Assembly: GCA_040954595.2 (NCBI GenBank)
Contig: CM082582.2
Location: 9,973,483 to 10,037,482, forward strand
Source of the DNA: Balanoglossus misakiensis
Lineage: Eukaryota > Animalia > Hemichordata
Direction: 5' to 3'
DNA length: 64,000 nt
Part shown: positions 44,205 through 56,400 of the stretch, piece after piece
Numbering within the stretch: position 1 is the first letter of the stretch
Layout: the number at the start of each line of letters is the position of its first letter
The notes under the pieces: generated by a model
What the model saw: the letters and a program-made list of their open reading frames with translations, nothing else
What the model was told of the DNA's origin: nothing
Database searches by the model: none
Made by a program: the position numbers and the translations under genes

Positions 44205-45450
44205 TGTATACTGTACGTTACATGTAAGATATGGTCAACAAGTGCCTGCAGTATGGTGACCTATGTGGAGTCAAGAATACGACACGAGCAATTCATGTTT
44301 GACAACCGAGGCATATGTAGCGCTGGCCGTTCCCCGTGCTGTGTGCGAATATTTTATTTTTCATCCACTCTCGCTATTCATCAAAAGATGTTAAATGTAA
44401 TCTCCACAACATTGTCATTGTCAACCCATGAACACACACAAGGCTGCCTAGCCTAATGAACTATGAATACAAGGCTCCTTAGCCCCATGAAGCTTAACAA
44501 AGTGGCAGGTTAAGCAGTTTAAGCTTTTGTCCTCTTTGTTTACTACGTTCATGTATCATTTAAATATGATGCTATCAAAGGCAATACAATTGTCAGGTCT
44601 GATTATGATAAAAGCAAATCCTTTTTTCTTAGAAACCAGATATTGAAGCATGAAACAAATGACTTGAAATGACTTTTAAAATCGCTCGACCACCTGTACA
44701 AATAAGCCACAGCTGCCATGGCAACTGCAGATTTTCACTTCAACAGCAAAACAAAAATGTGTAACCACATGCTGTTTTAACAATGAACATGTCCCTTTAA
44801 TCATTAAAGAGAATATATGATGGTAATTGGTAAGGTGAGGGTATGCATTTAACATTTTCATTGTGCACTTTAATGAATTCAATGAAAAAACATGAAAATC
44901 ATTCTTTTGAGGAGATTGACAAAATTTCCCATGAAGTTATTGTGGCACCTAATCTGAATTGGCAATTTGAAAACTTCTCTTTCCCTTTCACTTGTGTGGT
45001 GGTGGTGGTTTTTATTTTTGAAGATAACAGTTCCAAATACATGCTCGAGGATTTAATTTGAAGAGACGCAGATGGAAACCTTATTGGTCAAGAGTATTCG
45101 CAGTACCATTCTGAGCATATAACATAAAAGGCAGTGGTCCATGTGTGTGTGTGGGGGGGGGGACACTTAACATTCCTCCTTGTATCTCCATCTGTCGTAC
45201 ACACTCAACTGCAATAAATCACGAGCTTTCCCGCAGTACATCTTGGCCGTCACACACCTGATCAGCATCTTTTGTTAAACCTCCCCACTGCCAAGTCCCA
45301 TATGCCTTTTTATCTGAACAGCGAAATCCATGGCAACCGGCGCATTTAATGAAAGTTGTTATGTGTGTGACTGACATGTGAAAAGAAAACGACCTTGAAG
45401 TACAAAATGTTAAGAGATGAAATTTAGCTAACTCTTGAGGCATTCAAAAG

Positions 45451-45496
45451 TTGTCCCTCCCCAGGCTATCTGGAATTGGGGACTGATGGATTAGGT

Positions 45497-45527
<31 letters not shown>
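45451..45527 (+). mobile_element. Possible DINE-1/Helentron-like (HINE) terminal remnant
   Basis: A short inverted repeat (tcccc...gggga) is followed within ~15 nt by a (GTCT)n microsatellite, the hairpin+GTCY layout known for DINE-1-like elements. A degenerate reverse-orientation copy of the same layout lies at ~4021-4105. Based on layout only. Confidence 0.3.
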
Positions 45528-46000
45528 TGGTTGAAAAGCATTAGTTTTGTGTCATGTTGGCTGTTCTGTCTTGCTGGAAAAAAATCCTACAAATATAAAT
45601 GCAACATTCTTTGAAATACGAACAGACTGAATAGTGTACATTTATCGAGATAGGTTCCCCCCATGGTGCATGATGGCGCTATATCCGTTTTTCGAAACGT
45701 AGGCTGTGGTCTGTGAGAAAGACAGGGGTACTACAGATGTTATCGTTGAGGACAGCATTCATGTAAGGTGGTCTGGTCGCGAAGTCCTCATTTCCACTGC
45801 CACGAGCTTGAGAGAAAAAAAGGTCCGCACGCCAGTCAAGATACTTGGTGTAGCCAGTTGGTATTAGAACTATTCACCAGCTACAGTCCCCTTCTCATTT
45901 AACTTCGCCAAAGCAAATTGTGTTCAACGATCTCCAACTTCGAAGGTTGTGATACTCAAGTAAAATCTACCTTCAAGAGAAAGAGCATCCTTAATTAGAA

Positions 46001-46060
46001 TTCATTCATTCATTCATTCATTCATTCATTCATTCATTCATTCATTCATTCATTCATTCA
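46001..46060. repeat. (TTCA)15 microsatellite
   Basis: Perfect tetranucleotide run read directly. Confidence 0.95.
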
Positions 46061-47140
46061 CCGGATTCAATATTTGAGCAAAGGGCAGTAATTTAACGAT
46101 TTCTTGGAACTTTGACTATCCTACCAACATGACCAGACGGTACAGACGAAAAGCAAACATTGTTTGACGTAGGCTGGGGCTCAAATGATGCACGCGCCGA
46201 CCCGGACAAAAAGGAAAACGTCTATAGCCTAGTAAATAAAATATTCCTAAATGTATATTCTTCAATATTAATTGAATAATATATAATTATTGGTAATAAA
46301 GAATGAATAATCTTGTATGAACATCGTTGATAAAGCATTTTATCGTTTGGCCACAAGTTTTCATGAAAAGGGGACGTATTGATATAACCATAAAACAGTG
46401 AATGTACATCGTTTTTATATTACTCTTTCTCCGTATTTTCCTGTTTTCAGGCAATAAAAGTTTTGAAAAATGCCCCCGCATCGTACAAAAGCAACATGGT
46501 GTATGTTCGGTACATGTATAAACATTTAAACCATGTCATTATCTTCAAATCACATATGCCGGGTCCCGTTTAACTTCCCGTTTAACCATTAGTCCAGTTG
46601 ACTGGTTGTCAACCTCTGTGATAGTACAGGAGGCCTGCGGATTTCAGGGTCACATGGACTTCTACTAAGGATACCAATACTTTCCATTTCAAACTTTCAG
46701 GAAAAGGTAGACATGAATTTTTCTAAAACAAGGACTTAATATGAGGGCGGGTAATTATGGAATGCAAAGATAGTACTTTTAGATTAGGGCGGAAAAAAGA
46801 AGACCTTTGGTCGGCGTTTATGTCACCTTTCTTTCTGCAGGCGTTTATCAACATGAAAATTCAACAGGTAAGAAAATATGATAGTCATTTATTATTACTG
46901 CCATGCAGTGACCGCGGCGTTTATAATTATGCCTTTAAGTTATTAAATCACTAGTAGTACCCCTAACAAGCGGATGGTAGGCTTGAAATGGGAAACACAG
47001 TACACTCATATTTTTATATGCTGGACACAATGGTTTTAGCCATATTTTTATTGGAAAGTATGCTGTTTGGTGGGATGGTTCCATCATGCTTTGCGTTGTC
47101 GTATCAATCAATCATCAACGAAATCGAATCGTGGGGTGGC

Positions 47141-47207
47141 TTTAAATAGGCCCGCAACTAAAGGCTTTCACCTGTTGCAGCTAGTTGTGATCTGCAAATC
47201 AGCGCTG
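47141..47207 (+). promoter_or_regulatory. Candidate TATA-like box and non-coding first exon of the sulfatase gene
   Basis: TTTAAATA at 47141-47148 lies ~60 nt upstream of a consensus donor CTG|GTGAGT (47207/47208). The next acceptor is the long poly-T tract ending in CAG at 47412, 36 nt before the ATG. Confidence 0.5.
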
Positions 47208-47448
47208 GTGAGTGGTCCAGTTCATTGAGTTGGCCCGTGGCCGTCACACTCTCCTCTCGGAGTCGTTTCCCATTTCTGGAAACACCGTCCTTTACAGATT
47301 TAAACAATTCTCGCGTTCCTGCTTTCAAAATTTGTCAGTGATTTTGTCTGCAGCACGATAACGCAGCACTTACTCTTTATTTTCTTTTTTTTTCTTTTTT
47401 TTTCGTTTTCAGTACTACCAAGTGGAACAGACGCAGGATCGATCTAAG

Positions 47449-50400
47449 ATGACCGGTTTAACACCAAAGCTTCTACTTGTCCTGTTCGCCATAGAACTTA
47501 CTTTGGGTAAGTACTAATCATAAATTTCGCGAACTGTCCTACGTAAACTCCATTTCCGCGGCGGGGGAGGGGGGTGTGTGACAAGGGTTCAGACGAGGTA
47601 TACCGTCACGGAGCAATTCTAAAAGATGCGTACTTCAATTTATTCATTGGTAAACAAGAGATCCGTTGCACACAGCAAGTCGCTGTTTATTCATACTACG
47701 TTCAACAGCAAAATGTCATGCACATACATGTCCATTTTTACACAGCTGATTCGGACTCTTCTGAGGATAAGAAATCCCAACCAACGCATGTTGTGTACCT
47801 GATTGCCGATGACTTAGGTGAGTCACTCATCCACAGCTTATTGGGTTGGCGTGAACAAAATTGCTCCCGCTGGAAAAGTCATTTGTTCATGCAGAGATCA
47901 AAAGACGTTTTGGTACCTTTTTACCAACGCCGCACAGCACGATACCTCATTTTGGCTCTAAACTAAAACCAAACAGCGTTACACTATCACCCATATTCGC
48001 TGATAAAGGCTTCACGTCGTCTACCCCTAGGTTGGAATGATGTCAGTTGGCACGACGACAGCATGATAACGCCGAACCTACAGCGATTGGCCGACGAAGG
48101 CGTCATCCTCGACAACTTCTACACCGAAAGCATGTGCTCGCCGTAAGTGATTTTGCAGACCTGGGACCCGTCTTATGCTTTGACGACAAACGACCGTGCT
48201 TTATTGATAAAAAATCTTGTAAGAGCTAGAAATGATACCACCAGCTTTTTCCATATTAGGTATCCCCCAAAGCTTTTATTTTTACCATTCAGGTTTATTT
48301 CTCCACAGTACACGCAGTGCCCTCATGACCGGCTTCTATCCATCTCGCACGGGGACACAGGTTAGTAAACACTATGCGATTTCACCAAGTAGTATTGGCC
48401 AACATTTTTGTTCGGTTAGTTTCGTTTGCCCTGTATGTGCATTTTTCTCGTAGTGTTATATGCTGTTAATGTTGTCGTATGTGTCAGCGTGACCAAAAAG
48501 TTGGCTTCTTAGGAAGGTTTATACTTCACATCTTCCTCGGCGCTGATTTTATTATAAAAAAATACCAGGTTACTATTAACCTTCTTAAAATCTGTCTTGC
48601 TTTTTTATATCAGCACCAAGTTTTCTTCCCGTGCAGACCACACGGACTGCCCGTCGGTTTGAAGATTCTGCCCGAGGTCTTCAAGGAAGTCGGCTACAAA
48701 ACATACTACGTGGGCAAGTACGTAAAACTCTATTGTGGTTCCACACTTTCACGGTGTGTGGTCATACACGTTCGATTTGTTTGGAGTCTAAACTGCAAAA
48801 TTGCATGTAATTTCCTGCATAGCATGTTAGCTTCAAAATGCGAATCGTGCATCTCCGCCAGATATTGGTCATAGCTCTCACCACTCAACAACTTGCATTT
48901 CTCAGATGGCACTTGGGGTTCTGCAAGGAGGAGTATCTGCCCAACAGCCGTGGCGTTGACAAGTTCTACGGTTTCTACAACGGAGGAATGGATTTTTACA
49001 CTCACACCCTGTCAGAATTCGGTAAGGAAAAGACACGTGGCAAGCAACGCATCTTCGAATTCTTTTCCCTTGGCAAGCACGATGGATCTCCTGCCAAACA
49101 GGCCGATAAAATGCGAATTTTGTTGTCTTTTTTTCAGGACCATACAGACCAGGAAATTATATTGGCATGGACCTGCACGAGGAGATCGCTGGCCAGCCAT
49201 CAATTCCTATCAATAACACAGTGTATGCTACGGTAGGTTTGCCGTTTTACTCTGACGTAGTGGTGCTTGTGGTTTTCGGTTTTATATGACATTAACGTTC
49301 AACAAACCACGCGTATCTGATGCAACTGACGTTTCATTTTAACAGTACCTTTACCATGATAAAATAATCGAGTACATCGACAGCCATGACGAGTCTGATC
49401 CGATGTTTCTCATCGTGTCGTTCCAACAACCTCATTCACCCCCTCAGGTAAGTACAGCTGAGGTCTTTTTCGGTTGAAACTGCGGGTTGTTAGGGAGGCG
49501 GCGAGATGGGTCTTCTCCCCATCGCCCCATAGTAACACGATAGTGGCCCGTTTGATTTGGAAGTATCATAATTGGGATAGCACCCGTCCACTCACAGATT
49601 AAAATTCATCGGTCATCAATTACATTTACATGACCAGTTCGTTTCATCTGTACAGGTACCACCCGAATTTGCAAACTTGTACGCAGACTCCGTGTCCGAT
49701 CTCCTCCGAAGAAATTATTCAGGTAAGAATGCAGTGCAATTTTCTTCACTTCAAATTAGAATTTGCATTCTGACATTTCTAAAAAAAACCTCGCCGGTTG
49801 TCCGGCTTCCGTATAAAGACCGCAAGACAACCCAGACGCCATTATAGCGACGGGGATGTCACATCATACATCAGAATCTCAGCATCTTCAGATGAACTTT
49901 TAAGCATTAATTTCAAACTTCATTACGGCAATCATGTATTTTAGGCCAAGTTACAATGATGGATTCGTTGGTTGGGGTCATCCGCGACAAGTTGGAAGAA
50001 AAGGGGATGTTTAAAGACTCCTTGGTCATATTCCACTCGGACGTGAGTAGATTCTACATTGTTCTATATAAAATGCATGACAAATTCACTTCTGATCTGT
50101 CGTGTCAGTCAACATGTCTTTGGGCGTTTCAAAGCCCTGGTGCGTTTCTGTCCAAAACACATGCGCGCTTTGGTCTCCCCGTCACTCCGGTACCTAGACT
50201 CTATGGCAGTCGCTGCCTGTGCCTGTCGATCACACAGTCTTGGAGCATGACCAGCCCTTGTCTTTCCTGACTCATCACCCCCACCTCTCTTTTGTAACAG
50301 AACGGGGGCGATGTCGCGTTTGGCGCCAGCAACTGGCCGCTGCGAGGAAACAAGGCCAGTCTCTTCGAAGGCGGTTTAAAGGCAACCGGGCTCATTGCGG

Positions 50401-53400
50401 GAAAGGGAATCGAGAAGACAGGATACGTCAATCATGAGTAAGTAGATCACAGGCATCTGCATCGAAGTAAGTTAGTATTAAAATTTACTATAACTGAGAT
50501 TCTTCCCTAAGCTTCTATGTCTATGTTTATGAAATGTGTGTGTGTTGCAAACGTTTTAAGAAAAACCTTTCAACCGATAGCACTTTAAAGCTTAGATTTT
50601 GTACATTTTTTTCAGGTTGTACCATGTTACCGATATTTTTCCGTCTCTTGTTGAATCCGTCGCCAAGGCCAGCATAAACTGTGAGTTATACAATGTTATA
50701 CCATCGTATGCGTGTTACGTATGCAATTTGGTGAGAGTTCTAAAATGTCTATTATTTGCCACAAGTCACTTTTCAAGAAGGTGTTCACGCGTTTAAATAT
50801 GCCACTCGTTACAGACAACATCGACGGGATCAATGTCTGGGAGTCCCTGTCCACCGGAGCCCAGTCTCCCCGCGAAGAGTTTCTGATTACAGTGGACGAA
50901 GACGTCCCGGTTGAAGCTGAGGTGGCCGGTGTAAGGTATGGCGATCATCACTCCAATGTTGGCGTCCTTTCGCATTGCCATGTATTTAATTGCACATTTT
51001 TCGTTAAAATGTAGGCAAAATTGACTTCATGAAAACAATTATCTTTGGGCACACACCAAACTATGGCAATGGCCAGTCGTGTTTGGTCGAGTCACCTGGA
51101 CCATGTTCCAATAAATCCCTTTACATAGTGGAATTTGGTGCTTGATCATGCAACGGTTTATACAACAGATACCGTGATTGGAAGTTGATCGAAGGTTATC
51201 CAGTTATAACCAAAGAGCCTTTCGCCTCCTGTAAGTATATATCCTCCCATATTTCTGAACATTGCATCCATTAGTCAAATCGTACCACAATGAAAAAGAA
51301 ATCACCTTGGAGATGTTTATGTTTATGTTCTCCGTAACACAGATGTATTCCATTGGTACAAGACTCCTTACCACGGGCCTGAAGTCATTCCCAGTCCGGA
51401 TGATCTGACCACTCCTAAGTGGCTGTTCAATTTGCGAAGTGAGTTACAGACATGATTTAAGTCTTTTCTGGCTGTATTTTTTTCTCTCTCGTTATTTGAG
51501 AAGATTACTCACAAGTTAGAATATGATTTTTAAAAATTTTCATGGGTTATAGCTCATGAAAATCATCAAAAACTGACAATTTTTCGATTTGGCGAAATTT
51601 CAAAAATTCACGATTTTTCAAAAGTTTCATGGGTTATAGCTCATGAAAATTATCAAAAACTTACAATTTTTCGATTTGGCGAAATTTCAAAAATTCACGA
51701 TTTTTCAAAATTTTCATGGGTTATAGCTCATGAAAATCATCCAAAACTGACAATTTTTCGATTTGGTAAAATTTAAGAAATTAACGATTTTTCAAAATTT
51801 TCATGGGTTATAGCTCATGAAAATTATCAAAAACTGACAATTTTTCGACTTTGCGAAATTTCAAAATTTCTTGATTTTTTGAAAAAACCATGGGTTATAG
51901 CTCATGAAAATCATCCAGAAATGACAATTTTTTCGACTTTGCGAAATTTCAAAATTTCTTCATTTTTTTGAAAAAACCATGGGTTATAGCTCATGAAAAT
52001 CATCCAGAAATGACAATTTTTCGACTTTGCGAAATTTCAAAATTTCTTCATTTTTTTGAAAAAACCATGGGTTATAGCTCATGAAAATCATCCAGAAATG
52101 ACAATTTTTCGACTTTGCGAAATTTCAAAATTTCTTCATTTTTTTGAAAAAACCATGGGTTATAGCTCATGAAAATCATCCAGAAATGACAATTTTTCGA
52201 CTTTGCGAAATTTCAAAATTTCTTCATTTTTTTGAAAAAACCATGGGTTATAGCTCATGAAAATCATCCAGAAATGACAATTTTTCGACTTTGCGAAATT
52301 TCAAAATTTCTTCATTTTTTTGAAAAAACCATGGGTTATAGCTCATGAAAATCATCCAGAAATGACAATTTTTGGACTTTGCAAAATTTCAAAATTTCTT
52401 CATTTTTTTTAAAAAACCATGGGTTATAGCTCATGAAAATCATCCAGAAATGACAATTTTTCGACTTTGCGAAATTTCAAAATTTCTTCATTTTTTTTAA
52501 AACACCATGGGTTATAGCTCATGAAAATCATCCAGAAATGACAATTTTTCGACTTTGCGAAATTTCAAAATTTCTTCATTTTTTTTAAAAAACCATGGGT
52601 TATAGCTCATGAAAATCATCCAGAAATGACAATTTTTCGACTTTGCGAAATTTCAAAATTTCTTCATTTTTTTGAAAAAACCATGGGTTATAGCTCATGA
52701 AAATCATCCAGAAATGACAATTTTTCGACTTTGCGAAATTTCAAAATTTCTTCATTTTTTAGAAAAAAACATGGGTTATAGCTCATGAAAATCATCCAGA
52801 AATGACAATTTTTCGACTTTGCGAAATTTCAAAATTTCTTCATTTTTTTGAAAAAACCATGGGTTATAGCTCATGAAAATCATCCAGAAATGAGAATTTT
52901 TCGACTTTGCGAAATTTCAAAATTTCTTCATTTTTTTGAAAAAATCATGGGTTATAGCTCATGAAAATCATCCAGAAATGACAATTTTTCGACTTTGCGA
53001 AATTTCAAAATTTCTTCATTTTTTTGAAAAAACCATGGGTTATAGCTCATGAAAATCATCCAGAAATGACAATTTTTCGACTTTGCGAAATTTCAAAATT
53101 TCTTCACTTTTTTGAAAAAACCATGGGTTATAGCTCATGAAAATCATCCAGAAATGACAATTTTTCGACTTTGCGAAATTTCAAAATTTCTTCATTTTTT
53201 TGAAAAAACCATGGGTTATAGCTCATGAAAATCATCCAGAAATGACAATTTTTCGACTTTGCGAAATTTCAAAATTTCTTCATTTTTTTGAAAAAACCAT
53301 GGGTTATAGCTCATGAAAATCATCCAGAAATGACAATTTTTCGACTTTGCGAAATTTCAAAATTTCTTCATTTTTTTGAAAAAACCATGGGTTATAGCTC

Positions 53401-56400
53401 ATGAAAATCATCCAGAAATGACAATTTTTCGACTTTGCGAAATTTCAAAATTTCTTCATTTTTTTGAAAAAACCATGGGTTATAGCTCATGAAAATCATC
53501 CAGAAATGACAATTTTTCGACTTTGCGAAATTTCAAAATTTCTTCATTTTTTTGAAAAAACCATGGGTTATAGCTCATGAAAATCATCCAGAAATGACAA
53601 TTTTTGGACTTTGCAAAATTTCAAAATTTCTTCATTTTTTTGAAAAAACCATGGGTTATAGCTCATGAAAATCATCCAGAAATGACAATTTTTCGACTTT
53701 GCGAAATTTCAAAATTTCTTCATTTTTTTGAAAAAACCATGGGTTATAGCTCATGAAAATCATCCAGAAATGACAATTTTTCGACTTTGCGAAATTTCAA
53801 AATTTCTTCATTTTTTTGAAAAAACCATGGGTTATAGCTCATGAAAATCATCCAGAAATGACAATTTTTCGACTTTGCGAAATTTCAAAATTTCTTCATT
53901 TTTTTGAAAAAACCATGGGTTATAGCTCATGAAAATCATCCAGAAATGACAATTTTTCGACTTTGCGAAATTTCAAAATTTCTTCATTTTTTTGAAAAAA
54001 CCATGGGTTATAGCTCATGAAAATCATCCAGAAATGACAATTTTTCGACTTTGCGAAATTTCAAAATTTCTTCATTTTTTCGAAAAAACCATGGGTTATA
54101 GCTCATGAAAATCATCCAGAAATGACAATTTTTCGACTTTGCGAAATTTCAAAATTTCTTCATTTTTTCGAAAAAACCATGGGTTATAGCTCATGAAAAT
54201 CATCCAGAAATGACAATTTTTCGACTTTGCGAAATTTCAAAATTTCTTCATTTTTTCGAAAAAACCATGGGTTATAGCTCATGAAAATCATCCAGAAATG
54301 ACAATTTTTCGACTTTGCGAAATTTCAAAATTTCTTCATTTTTTCGAAAAACCATGGGTTATAGCTCATGAAAATCATCCAGAAATGACAATTTTTCGAC
54401 TTTGCGAAATTTCAAAATTTCTTCATTTTTTTGAAAAAACCATGGGTTATAGCTCATGAAAATCATCCAGAAATGACAATTTTTCGACTTTGCGAAATTT
54501 CAAATTTCTTCATTTTTTTGAAAAAACCATGGGTTATAGCTCATGAAAATCATCCAGAAATGACAATTTTTCGACTTTGCGAAATTTCAAAATTTCTTCA
54601 TTTTTTTGAAAAAACCATGGGTTATAGCTCATGAAAATCATCCAGAAATGACAATTTTTCGACTTTGCGAAATTTCAAAACTTCTTCATTTTTTTGAAAA
54701 AACCATGGGTTATAGCTCATGAAAATCATCCAGAAATGAGAATTTTTCGACTTTGCGAAATTTCAAAATTTCTTCATTTTTTTGAAAAAATCATGGGTTA
54801 TAGCTCATGAAAATCATCCAGAAATGACAATTTTTCGACTTTGCGAAATTTCAAAATTTCTTCATTTTTTTGAAAAAACCATGGGTTATAGCTCATGAAA
54901 ATCATCCAGAAATGACAATTTTTCGACTTTGCGAAATTTCAAAATTTCTTCACTTTTTTTAAAAAACCATGGGTTATAGCTCATGAAAATCATCCAGAAA
55001 TGACAATTTTTCGACTTTGCGAAATTTCAAAATTTCTTCATTTTTTTGAAAAAACCATGGGTTATAGCTCATGAAAATCATCCAGAAATGACAATTTTTC
55101 GACTTTGCGAAATTTCAAAATTTCTTCATTTTTTTGAAAAAACCATGGGTTATAGCTCATGAAAATCATCCAGAAATGACAATTTTTTGACTTTGCGAAA
55201 TTTCAAAATTTCTTCATTTTTTTGAAAAAACCATGGGTTATAGCTCATGAAAATCATCCAGAAATGACAATTTTTCGACTTTGCGAAATTTCAAAATTTC
55301 TTCATTTTTTCGAAAAAACCATGGGTTATAGCTCATGAAAATCATCCAGAAATGACAATTTTTCGACTTTGCGAAATTTCAAAATTTCTTCATTTTTTTG
55401 AAAAAACCATGGGGTATAGCTCATGAAAATCATCCAGAAATGACAATTTTTCGACTTTGCGAAATTTCAAATTTCTTCATTTTTTTGAAAAAACCATGGG
55501 TTATAGCTCATGAAAATCATCCAGAAATGACAATTTTTCGACTTTGCGAAATTTCAAAATTTCTTCATTTTTTTGAAAAAACCATGGGTTATAGCTCATG
55601 AAAATCATCCAGAAATGACAATTTTTCGACTTTGCGAAATTTCAAAATTTCTTCATTTTTTTGAAAAAACCATGGGTTATAGCTCATGAAAATCACCCAG
55701 AAATGACAATTTTTCGACTTTGCGAAATTTCAAAATTTCTTCATTTTTTTGAAAAAACCATGGGTTATATAGCTCATGAAAATCATCCAGAAATGACAAT
55801 TTTTCGACTTTGCGAAATTTCAAAATTTCTTCATTTTTTTGAAAAAACCATGGGTTATAGCTCATGAAAATCACCCAGAAATGACAATTTTTCGACTTTG
55901 CGAAATTTCAAAATTTCTTCATTTTTTTGAAAAAACCATGGGTTATAGCTCATGAAAATCATCCAGAAATGACAATTTTTCGACTTTGCGAAATTTCAAA
56001 ATTTCTTCATTTTTTTGAAAAAACCATGGGTTATAGCTCATGAAAATCATCCAGAAATGACAATTTTTCGACTTTGCGTAATTTCAAATTTCTTCATTTT
56101 TTTGAAAAAACCATGGGTTATAGCTCATGAAAATCATCCAGAAATGACAATTTTTCGACTTTGCGAAATTTCAAAATTTCTTCATTTTTTTGAAAAAACC
56201 ATGGGTTATAGCTCATGAAAATCATCCAGAAATGACAATTTTTCGACTTTGCGAAATTTCAAAATTTCTTCATTTTTTTGAAAAAACCATGGGTTATAGC
56301 TCATTAAAATCATCCAGAAATGACAATTTTTCGACTTTGCGAAATTTCAAAATTTCTTCATTTTTTTGAAAAAACCATGGGTTATAGCTCATGAAAATCA

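Noticed and set aside
51541-51558. Minus-strand monomer segment CATGAGCTATAACCCATG resembles the MS2 operator hairpin (CATGAGGATCACCCATG)
   Set aside because: The upper stem and ANYA loop required for coat-protein binding are absent. The resemblance is explained by the CATG...CATG palindrome.
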